A stretch of 16,899 nt of DNA from Deferribacterales bacterium (GTDB taxonomy: Bacteria > Chrysiogenota > Deferribacteres > Deferribacterales > Geovibrionaceae): the NCBI GenBank assembly GCA_050253335.1, contig JBFWJG010000048.1, positions 1-16,899 on the forward strand, given 5' to 3'. This document shows positions 8,610 to 15,759 of this stretch, in pieces (position 1 is the stretch's first letter; each line of letters begins with the position of its first letter). A program made the translations under genes and the position numbers. The notes beneath the pieces are model-generated. The model did no database searches and had not been told where the DNA came from. It saw only the letters and a list, made by a program, of their open reading frames with translations.

Positions 8610-8918
8610 ATGGAACAGAAAACCCGTTACGGTGTGGGTGATATTTTCAGGATTTATGACAGAGCTCTCGAATCCTACAGAAATGTCATCCTTGTCAGGA
8701 TCATTATCACGGAAGAACACTTTTACCTTCTCAGCATGCACTCATTCGAACCGTGGAGCGAAAGGGTTCTCAGCACGAAGGACATATTCAAAAAGACTTC
8801 CCTCACTATTGACGAAGTAAGCTACCTTGCCGATTCAGTGGATATAACATACCTCGGCAATGCTTACGAGCTGAAAGAAGATTTCGACAGTCTGCTTCTT
8901 AACAAAGTGGCGAAATAA
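8610..8918 (+). CDS. Hypothetical protein, 102 aa
   Basis: SD AAGAGGTG (8595-8602) before ATG 8610, followed by a terminator. No family recognised. Confidence 0.8.
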   Translation: MEQKTRYGVGDIFRIYDRALESYRNVILVRIIITEEHFYLLSMHSFEPWSERVLSTKDIFKKTSLTIDEVSYLADSVDITYLGNAYELKEDFDSLLLNKVAK

Positions 8919-8954
8919 GTCAGTAAAAAAATCCTGAAATAAAACAAAGAATAT

Positions 8955-8983
8955 AAAAGCTGTCTCACGGGGCAGCTTTTTTT
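8955..8983 (+). terminator. Rho-independent terminator
   Basis: AAAAGCTGTCT-CACG-GGGCAGC followed by TTTTTTT. Confidence 0.8.
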
Positions 8984-9017
8984 ATTTTCAAGTTTTGTAA
9001 AATCCCCGCTTACCCCT

Positions 9018-9045
9018 TTGACATAGAAATTAATGGTAGTATAGT
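9018..9045 (+). promoter_or_regulatory. sigma70 promoter upstream of the pncA leader
   Basis: TTGACA (9018-9023), 16 bp, TATAGT (9040-9045). Confidence 0.7.
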
Positions 9046-9051
9046 TGTCTT

Positions 9052-9147
9052 ACGTATTTTATTTCACTTTTACGATCAGGGAGGAGTGCCGGAATAAAAA
9101 CTCCGGCGGAGATTCTTCGCCTGCGCTCAGAATGGACGCAGGTTTTT
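9052..9147 (+). promoter_or_regulatory. Structured leader (attenuator candidate) or small RNA ending in a terminator-like hairpin
   Basis: Overlapping stems GCCGGA/TCCGGC (9088-9107), GGCGGAG/CTTCGCC (9105-9121) and CCTGCG/CGCAGG + TTTTT (9120-9147). Confidence 0.45.
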
Positions 9148-9171
9148 ACGAACTATGGCAAAAGGTGAAAT

Positions 9172-9801
9172 ATGACTTACGGAAAAAACACCGCATTAAT
9201 AGTAGTGGACGTTCAAAATGATTTCTGCCCCGGCGGAGCGCTGGCGGTCAAAAACGGGAGCAGGGTAGTTCCCGTTATCAATTCTCTCATAGACAGCTTT
9301 GATGTCATTGTCGGCACGCAGGACTGGCATCCGGTGCATCACAGCTCATTCGCATCAAACAATGACGCTGAGCCTTTCAGTGTGAAGACGCTGAACGGAA
9401 TTAATCAGGTCATGTGGCCTGAACACTGCATTCAGGGGAGCGGAGGGGCTGATTTTCACCCTGATCTTCATGCTGACGCCTTCAATATCATCATCAGGAA
9501 AGGAACAAATCCCGATGTAGATTCATATTCCGCATTCACCGAGAATGACGGCATTTCCTCAACGGGCCTGAAGGGGTGGCTGAATGAACTCGGCATAAGG
9601 AAAGTGTATATCACCGGCCTTGCCACGGATTTCTGCGTGCTTTACACCGCTCTGGACGCTGTGAAGGCCGGCTTTGAAACCTATGTGATTGAAGATGCCT
9701 GTAAAGGTGTTGACTTTCCTGAAGGAAATGTCGCGAAGGCTCTCTCCTCAATGAAGGAGGCAGGGATAAGGGTTGTTCAGTCTGCGGATGTAAGGTTATG
9801 A
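9172..9801 (+). CDS. pncA: Nicotinamidase/pyrazinamidase
   Basis: VVDVQNDF, TQDWHPxxH, WPEHC, RKG, DSYSAF, GLATDFCV (catalytic Cys). SD AAGGTG upstream. Confidence 0.97.
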   Translation: MTYGKNTALIVVDVQNDFCPGGALAVKNGSRVVPVINSLIDSFDVIVGTQDWHPVHHSSFASNNDAEPFSVKTLNGINQVMWPEHCIQGSGGADFHPDLHADAFNIIIRKGTNPDVDSYSAFTENDGISSTGLKGWLNELGIRKVYITGLATDFCVLYTALDAVKAGFETYVIEDACKGVDFPEGNVAKALSSMKEAGIRVVQSADVRL

Positions 9802-11249
9802 AATGTTCATACTCCGCTCTCATGACGGACTTCTACGAACTCACCATGATGCAGGGGTTTCTGGAAAAAGATCCGGACAGGCAGGCTGTTTTCGATATGT
9901 TTTACCGCAGACAGCCGTTCGGCGGCGGTTATGCGGTTTTCGCAGGGCTTGACCCCCTTCTGGATGCTCTGGAGAATTTCAGCTTTTCCGACAGCGATAT
10001 AGACTATATAAAAAGCCTGAACTACTTCTCGGACTCTTTCATCGGCTATCTTCAAAATTTCCGTTTCAGGGGCGAGATCCACTCGGTGAAGGAAGGCACG
10101 GTTGTGTTCCCTAACGAACCGCTTATGCGTGTTAAGGGAACCCTCCTTGAAACGCAGATCATTGAACCGATTCTTTTAAACTTCATAAATTTTCAGACAC
10201 TTGTCGCCACAAAATCCGCAAGGGTATGCAGTGTGGCGGGCGGTGCCTCGGTTATGGAGTTCGGTCTTAGGCGGGCGCAGGGCACAGACGGAGCTCTTTC
10301 CGCCGCCAGAGCTTCTTTCATCGGCGGAGTGAACGCCACCTCAAACGTTCTGGCCGGGAAGGAATACGGAATCCCCGTCAAGGGGACAATGGCGCACAGC
10401 TGGGTGATGAGTTTTGAAAGCGAGCTTGCGGCGTTTGAGGCTTTTGCCGCCATGTATCCGGATGACTGCATTCTCCTTGCAGATACATACGACACGCTTG
10501 CATCGGGCGTTCCCAACGCCTTGAAGGTCTTTGCCGGATTGAAGGCCGCGGGGCATAAAAACTACGGCATAAGGCTCGACAGCGGGGATTTGAGCTTCCT
10601 CAGCCGTGAAGCACGCAGGATTTTTGACAGTGAGGGTTTTACGGATGCAAGAATTGTTGCCTCCAATGACCTTGATGAGTGGATCATAGAACAGCTAAGC
10701 CGTGAAGGTGCGAGCATAAACGCCTACGGCGTGGGCACAAGGCTGGTTACTGCCGATAAAGACCCTGCACTTTCCGGAGTTTATAAGCTGGCTGCGAAAG
10801 AGGAAGGCGGGAGATTTGTTCCCGCAATGAAGATAACCAACAACCCCGAAAAAATGTCCAACCCCGGCATAAAAAATGTTTACAGGTTTTACGGGGAGGA
10901 CGGAATGATGATTTCCGATCTGGTTCTCCTTGAGGAGAGCATGGGCGAGGTCGAAGAACTCATAGCGGAGAAAAAGCCTATCCGGCTCAACCATCCCTCC
11001 ATAGAATACTCGTTTAAAACACTTGAGAATTACGCGGAAGCGAGGCTTCTTCTCGGCAAAGTGATGGAGAACGGCAGAAGAGCGGAGCCCGCGGCCGATC
11101 TTAAAAGCATTCAGGCACACGCAAAGGCGGAGCTCTCTGCCCTGCACGGCACATACAAAAGGTTTCTCAACCCTCACATATATAAGGTGAGCCTGTCCAA
11201 CAACCTCAAAAAGCTTAAAATGTCCATAATAAAGGAGCACATGGGCTGA
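9798..11249 (+). CDS. pncB: Nicotinate phosphoribosyltransferase
   Basis: TDFYELTM, EFGLRRAQG, GTMAHSWV, DTYD, GIRLDSGD, ASNDLDE, GVYKL. ATGA overlap with pncA. Confidence 0.97.
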   Translation: MKCSYSALMTDFYELTMMQGFLEKDPDRQAVFDMFYRRQPFGGGYAVFAGLDPLLDALENFSFSDSDIDYIKSLNYFSDSFIGYLQNFRFRGEIHSVKEGTVVFPNEPLMRVKGTLLETQIIEPILLNFINFQTLVATKSARVCSVAGGASVMEFGLRRAQGTDGALSAARASFIGGVNATSNVLAGKEYGIPVKGTMAHSWVMSFESELAAFEAFAAMYPDDCILLADTYDTLASGVPNALKVFAGLKAAGHKNYGIRLDSGDLSFLSREARRIFDSEGFTDARIVASNDLDEWIIEQLSREGASINAYGVGTRLVTADKDPALSGVYKLAAKEEGGRFVPAMKITNNPEKMSNPGIKNVYRFYGEDGMMISDLVLLEESMGEVEELIAEKKPIRLNHPSIEYSFKTLENYAEARLLLGKVMENGRRAEPAADLKSIQAHAKAELSALHGTYKRFLNPHIYKVSLSNNLKKLKMSIIKEHMG

Positions 11250-11346
11250 AAAAGGCTTCATAATATTTTTTTTCGTTGAATTGGCGGCGGAAGAATGTTA
11301 AAGGCATTAGTTAAAAAATGATAACTTAAAGCGGGAGAAGAGTAAG

Positions 11347-12585
11347 ATGGCAGAAAAGAAAGTCCCTTTCACCAAACAGCAGATCGAAGAACTGATCAAG
11401 AAATACCCTACGCCTTTTCACATATACGACAAAAAAGCGATTCTCGAAAACGCAAAAAGGCTCCAGAAGGCTTTTTCATGGGCTCCTGAGTTCAAGGAAT
11501 ATTTCGCTGTGAAGGCTCTGCCCAACCCTTCCGTTATGAAGGCTCTTAAATCGATAGGCATAGGTGCGGACTGCAGTTCACATGCCGAGCTTCTTCTCTG
11601 CGATATGGCGGGCATAAGCGGGGAGGACATAATGTTCACCTCCAACGAGACCCCCGCGAAGGAATATCAGAAGGCAAAAGCGCAGGGTGCGGTAATCAAC
11701 CTTGACGACATAACTCATATAGACTTCCTCGAAGAGGTCGCGGGCCTGCCGGAGCTGATCTGCTTCCGCTATAACCCCGGTCCCCTGAAAGGCGGCAACG
11801 CTATAATAGGCAACCCTGAGGACGCAAAATACGGCCTCACCCGTGAGCAGATGTTTGAAGCTTACAGCAAATGCAAGGCAAAAGGCGTAAAGCGCTTCGG
11901 CATGCACACTATGGTGGCCTCAAACGAGCTTAATGTTGACTATTTCGTGGAAACGGCGGTCATCCTCTTTGAGATGGCTGCTGAAATAGCTGAAAAAGTC
12001 GGCATAGAGCTTGAGTTCATCAACCTCGGCGGCGGAATCGGCATACCTTACAAACCTGAGCAGGAAGCTGTGAACCTTGAGGTTCTCGGCGCCAAGATCA
12101 AGGAAAAATATCAGGGCATACTCTCCGCAAAAGGGCTTAACCCCAAAATATACCTTGAGTGCGGAAGGGTGATCACAGGTCCTTACGGCTACCTCGTGAC
12201 TCAGGCTCTGCATGAAAAGAAGATATACAAAAACTATATAGGCGTTGACGCGTGCATGGCGAACCTTATGCGCCCCGGCATGTACGGCGCTTATCACCAT
12301 ATAACGGTTCTCGGCAAGGAGAATGCGCCCGCTGACACGGTTTATGATGTCGTGGGCTCGCTCTGCGAAAACAATGACAAGTTCGCGGTGGACAGAACAC
12401 TGCCCGTCATCGAAAAAGGCGACATAATCGCAATCCATGACACAGGCGCCCACGGACACGCAATGGGCTTCAACTATAACGGAAAGCTCCGCTCCGCAGA
12501 GTTTTTCCTCAATGAGGACGGCTCTTTTGAAATGATCAGAAGGGCTGAAACCCCTGAGGACTATTTCGCTACCCTCAGGTTCTGA
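11347..12585 (+). CDS. lysA: Diaminopimelate decarboxylase
   Basis: PTPFHIYD, FAVKALPN (PLP Lys), INLGGG, LECGR, GSLCENND, DTGAHGHAMGFNYNGKLR. SD GGAG upstream. Confidence 0.92.
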   Translation: MAEKKVPFTKQQIEELIKKYPTPFHIYDKKAILENAKRLQKAFSWAPEFKEYFAVKALPNPSVMKALKSIGIGADCSSHAELLLCDMAGISGEDIMFTSNETPAKEYQKAKAQGAVINLDDITHIDFLEEVAGLPELICFRYNPGPLKGGNAIIGNPEDAKYGLTREQMFEAYSKCKAKGVKRFGMHTMVASNELNVDYFVETAVILFEMAAEIAEKVGIELEFINLGGGIGIPYKPEQEAVNLEVLGAKIKEKYQGILSAKGLNPKIYLECGRVITGPYGYLVTQALHEKKIYKNYIGVDACMANLMRPGMYGAYHHITVLGKENAPADTVYDVVGSLCENNDKFAVDRTLPVIEKGDIIAIHDTGAHGHAMGFNYNGKLRSAEFFLNEDGSFEMIRRAETPEDYFATLRF

Positions 12586-12595
12586 GACACTCAGC

Positions 12596-12627
12596 GCCGC
12601 CTCTTCAAAAAGGGGCGGCTTTTTTTT
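12596..12627 (+). terminator. Rho-independent terminator of lysA
   Basis: GCCGCCTCTT-CAAA-AAGGGGCGGC followed by 8 T. Confidence 0.9.
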
Positions 12628-12636
12628 CAATCTCCC

Positions 12637-12665
12637 TTGCGGATGTTCATTGCTCTGCTTATAAT
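12637..12665 (+). promoter_or_regulatory. sigma70 promoter for the 83-aa ORF
   Basis: TTGCGG (12637-12642), 17 bp, TATAAT (12660-12665). Confidence 0.65.
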
Positions 12666-12742
12666 ATAAGTATCTCCTTACGGCGACCCGTCACGTTGAA
12701 CTTAACCTTGTATCCCGCTTTATTCTTTCGCGGAGGTGCACA

Positions 12743-12994
12743 ATGGGAAGCAGACATCACCACACCAGCCCCGAATACCTCAGGAACATGTGCGATACCG
12801 CCGGTCTTTATACTATGGCTCAGGAAGGCGATCCCGCCGTGGGCATGGAAATGACCGAAATTCTCATGGAAAAAGGCTTTGAAAGCGGGCTCTACTACAG
12901 CAACCTGTATCAGAACATAGCTTACGGCCTTCAGGGGCATGAAACGGAAAATTCCAGATACTGGAGAAGTGTTTACGAAACCGAACTGAGATAG
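12743..12994 (+). CDS. Hypothetical protein, 83 aa
   Basis: SD GGAGGT just upstream of ATG 12743 and its own candidate promoter. No family recognised. Confidence 0.75.
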   Translation: MGSRHHHTSPEYLRNMCDTAGLYTMAQEGDPAVGMEMTEILMEKGFESGLYYSNLYQNIAYGLQGHETENSRYWRSVYETELR

Positions 12995-13027
12995 TTTTAC
13001 CCTTCGGGCGGTTTTCAGCTTAACTCT

Positions 13028-13056
13028 TTGACAGCCGATATTTAAGGCAGTATCAT
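13028..13056 (+). promoter_or_regulatory. sigma70 promoter placing the transcription start at the rsmE ATG (leaderless)
   Basis: TTGACA (13028-13033), 17 bp, TATCAT (13051-13056), 7 nt, ATG 13064. Confidence 0.75.
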
Positions 13057-13063
13057 CCCAGGT

Positions 13064-13759
13064 ATGAACATAATCATTCTCAAAGAAAGTGAGCTGAAAA
13101 AAGGCAGAGCGGAAGTTTCGGGAAGGCGGTTTAAACACCTGAAAGAAACGCTCAGAAAAACTGATGGAGATGAACTTAAAGCGGGGGTTCTGGGCGGAAA
13201 GCTCGGAACGGCGCATGTGGAACAAATCGGCGATGAAAAAGCCGTTCTGATGTTCACACCGGATAATGACCCGCCCGTTCCCCTGAATGTACGCCTCGCA
13301 CTCGCTCTGCCCCGCCCGAAGGTTTTAAGACGCGTCCTTTACACCCTGACCTGTCTCGGCGTGAAGGATATTCATATATTCAACTCCTGGCGGGTTGAGA
13401 AAAGCTACTGGTCAAGTCCGCTCCTTGAAGGGATTGACGATTTTCTCATACCCGCCCTTGAACAGGCAAAAGACACAATCCTCCCCACAGTCGCTTTCCA
13501 CAGATTTTTTACCCCGTTCATCCGTGAAACTCTGCCGGAAATCAGTAGAGATACCCTGCGTCTGGCCGCTCATCCTGCCGGCAGTCCTCTCGAATCAAGG
13601 CCGCAGGAGCCTGTGACCCTTGTTATAGGCGCTGAGGGCGGTTTTATCCAGAAGGAGCTGGACACTCTGGAGGAAACAGGTTTTTCCTTCTTCTCCTTCG
13701 GCGAAAGGGTGCTGAATGTGGAAAGCGCAGTGCCTTACATTCTGGGGAGGCTTCTCTGA
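13064..13759 (+). CDS. rsmE: 16S rRNA m3U1498 methyltransferase, RsmE family (SPOUT)
   Basis: HLKETLR, LALALPRPK, LGVKDI, ALEQAKDTILP, LVIGAEGGF, GERVLNVESA. Confidence 0.9.
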   Translation: MNIIILKESELKKGRAEVSGRRFKHLKETLRKTDGDELKAGVLGGKLGTAHVEQIGDEKAVLMFTPDNDPPVPLNVRLALALPRPKVLRRVLYTLTCLGVKDIHIFNSWRVEKSYWSSPLLEGIDDFLIPALEQAKDTILPTVAFHRFFTPFIRETLPEISRDTLRLAAHPAGSPLESRPQEPVTLVIGAEGGFIQKELDTLEETGFSFFSFGERVLNVESAVPYILGRLL

Positions 13760-13803
13760 AAATTCAGTGCAATTTTTTTCAATCATTTTCAGCTTTTTGA
13801 GAG

Positions 13804-13809
13804 TATAAT
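13804..13809 (+). promoter_or_regulatory. Perfect -10 box 6 nt before the AraC-family ATG (possibly leaderless)
   Basis: TATAAT-TCACCC-ATG, with no SD and no convincing -35. Confidence 0.55.
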
Positions 13810-13815
13810 TCACCC

Positions 13816-14658
13816 ATGAAAGCGGGAGTGAATGCAGCCTACTGGCACAAAGATTTTCTGGAAGGGTTTGAATCGTGCCGTGTAACGGACAGCAAGCATG
13901 CCTTTCCCAAACATGTGCATGATGATATGTACTCCATCGGTCTGATGCACTGCGGCGGCTGCTACTGCGTGAGCAATGCGGATTCCGACACGATAGTTCT
14001 GCCTGATGAAACAGTTTTCATAAACCCTTCTCAGGTTCACTCAGGGATTCCCCTCGGAAAAGGGCGCGCCACATACACGATGCTTTACTTCAAAAATGAG
14101 CTTATGGCAAAACTGGCGGGGGATATTCTTGAGCGCCAGCCGTTTCACCCTGAATTTTCCGATATGGTGGTTTCATCGCCTGAGGTGCACGGCTCATTCC
14201 TGAACCTCTACAGCGCACTTCTGCATTCCGAGGAGAGCATGGAGCTTGAATCCGCGCTCACCGAGAGCCTTTCTCAGGTTATACGCGCCTGCGGGACATC
14301 CGGCAAATCCGGCGACAGAAGGCTGGTCCGCAGGGCAAAGGAGTTTCTCAGCGGCGATCTCTCCTGCAAGGTCACTCTGGAGGATATGGCGGGGGAACTG
14401 GGCGTGAGCAGGTATTACCTTCTGCGCACCTTCCGGAAAGAGGTCGGCGTTCCGCCCCATGTTTACCGCACAGGCAAGCGCATCGAGCTTGCAAAAAGGC
14501 TTCTGCGTCAGGGTATGCCTTTTGCCGAGGCCGCCCTTGAGGCCGGATTTGCGGATCAGAGCCATTTCTCCAATAAATTCAGACAGTTCACAGGTTCAAC
14601 CCCTGCGCAGTACGCTGATTCCTGCTCAGGGGCAATTTTCTGCAATACTCACGGATGA
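13816..14658 (+). CDS. AraC family transcriptional regulator (cupin + double HTH)
   Basis: FPKHVHD and INPSQVH cupin motifs. C-terminal TLEDMAGELGVSRYYLLRTFRKEVG...GFADQSHFSNKFRQFTGSTPAQY. Confidence 0.95.
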   Translation: MKAGVNAAYWHKDFLEGFESCRVTDSKHAFPKHVHDDMYSIGLMHCGGCYCVSNADSDTIVLPDETVFINPSQVHSGIPLGKGRATYTMLYFKNELMAKLAGDILERQPFHPEFSDMVVSSPEVHGSFLNLYSALLHSEESMELESALTESLSQVIRACGTSGKSGDRRLVRRAKEFLSGDLSCKVTLEDMAGELGVSRYYLLRTFRKEVGVPPHVYRTGKRIELAKRLLRQGMPFAEAALEAGFADQSHFSNKFRQFTGSTPAQYADSCSGAIFCNTHG

Positions 14659-14672
14659 AAAGGGGCTATCCT
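14632..14672 (+). promoter_or_regulatory. Putative activator-dependent promoter for the EamA gene
   Basis: Direct repeat GCAAT (14632-14636) / GCAAT (14642-14646) one helical turn apart, overlapping the -35 position of a TATCCT -10 (14667-14672). SD GAGGAGG before ATG 14702. Confidence 0.4.
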
Positions 14673-14701
14673 TGCCTCCTCACATTGAGGAGGACTGATT
14701 T

Positions 14702-15571
14702 ATGACCGAAAGACAATCCGCTCTGATGCCTTTTGCCGCCGTTTTTGCGGCGGTTATTTTCTGGGCGGGCTCATTCACCGCCACACGCATAGCGCTCACC
14801 GAACTGCCCCCTTCAACCATTGTATGGATAAGGATGGCATCGGGCTTTATACTGCTTTTTCCCTTCTGCTTCAGGCTTTTTCCCAAAAATATCACAATGG
14901 GGGAGATAAGGCTCCTTGTGCTTATGGCACTCTTTCAGCCGTGTCTGTATTTTCTCCTTGAGGCTAACGCGCTCAGATTCACCACCGCTTCTCAGGCCGG
15001 AGTAATCTCCTCCACAGTACCTATGTTTGTCGCTGTGCTTTCTGCTTTGTTTCTCGGTGAAAAAACAGGCAAAACAGCCATGGCTGGTCTTGCGGTTTCC
15101 GTTCTGGGCGTGGCTTGGCTCACTTTCGGCAGCGGTGCGGACGCAAAAGCGGCAAACCCCGCTCTGGGCAATATAATGGAGCTTGGCGCCATGGTCTGCG
15201 CCGCAGGCTACATGGTGCTCACCCGCAGACTTTCAGCGAAGTTTAATCCTTGGGTGCTCACTTTTATTCAGGCGGCTTCGGGATTTCTGTTTTTTTCCGG
15301 CGGTGCGGTTGATGCCTTTGACGCGGAGTGGAGCGGACGGGTGATTACTGCCGTGGTTTATCTGGGCGTGTTCGTCACAGTCGGCGCTTTCGGGCTGTAT
15401 AACTGGGGGATAAGCAAGATACCCGCCACCAGAGCGGCGGTTTTCATAAACCTTGTTCCGGTCTTTGCGGTTTTTATGGGGTGGGGCATACTGGGTGAGT
15501 CACTGGGAGTTTCCCAGCTTGCGGGCTCCGCTGTTATCGCCGCAGGTGTTTTTCTGGCGCAGAAGAAATAA
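14702..15571 (+). CDS. EamA/DMT family transporter
   Basis: 289 aa, about 10 hydrophobic segments in two EamA-like repeats (FWAGSF, LFLGEK, FINLVPVFAVFMGWGILGE). Confidence 0.95.
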   Translation: MTERQSALMPFAAVFAAVIFWAGSFTATRIALTELPPSTIVWIRMASGFILLFPFCFRLFPKNITMGEIRLLVLMALFQPCLYFLLEANALRFTTASQAGVISSTVPMFVAVLSALFLGEKTGKTAMAGLAVSVLGVAWLTFGSGADAKAANPALGNIMELGAMVCAAGYMVLTRRLSAKFNPWVLTFIQAASGFLFFSGGAVDAFDAEWSGRVITAVVYLGVFVTVGAFGLYNWGISKIPATRAAVFINLVPVFAVFMGWGILGESLGVSQLAGSAVIAAGVFLAQKK

Positions 15572-15613
15572 GAGAGTTTTTCTTTTTCAATAATTATATT
15601 TAATATATTCGGA

Positions 15614-15709
15614 AAATCCTCCCCTGCCCTCCTTTAATGAAAGGAGGGTGTTTTGCGTTTGTCTGCAACAACTTCCCCCTTTATCAAAGGGGGACGGGAG
15701 GGGGATTTA
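15614..15709. repeat. ~95-bp REP/MITE-like palindromic element, copy 2 (inverted relative to copy 1)
   Basis: AAATCCTCCCC...CCCTCCTTT-AATG-AAAGGAGGG-TGTTTTGC...TCCCCCTTT-ATC-AAAGGGGGA...GAGGGGGATTTA aligns with the reverse complement of 4121-4215. Confidence 0.85.
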
Positions 15710-15759
15710 CAGATGTCGCCAACCAGAGGCTATTATAACAAAAGTTTCTGAAAAGTCTT

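Noticed and set aside
9041..9057. NrtR operator at the pncA promoter
   Set aside because: Only GT-N6-AC with weak dyad symmetry, which does not fit the GT-N7-AC palindrome.
9086..9221. Leader peptides (GTG-CCG-GAA-TAA at 9086; 29-aa ORF from ATG 9132)
   Set aside because: SD spacing is poor or absent and there is no telling codon run. Not supportable from sequence alone.
11250..11346. Lysine riboswitch upstream of lysA
   Set aside because: The intergenic gap is only 97 bp, too short for an L-box aptamer, and no matching structure is visible.
11347..12585. A polyamine-biosynthetic decarboxylase linked to potABCD instead of LysA
   Set aside because: The motifs (GSLCENND, MGFNYNG) fit diaminopimelate decarboxylase, and the gene is in a separate transcription unit on the opposite strand.
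2839..13225. Long antisense ORFs (e.g. 2839-3558, 10695-11261, 11920-12630, 12659-13225)
   Set aside because: Shadow frames of well-supported genes, with no recognisable motifs or translation signals.
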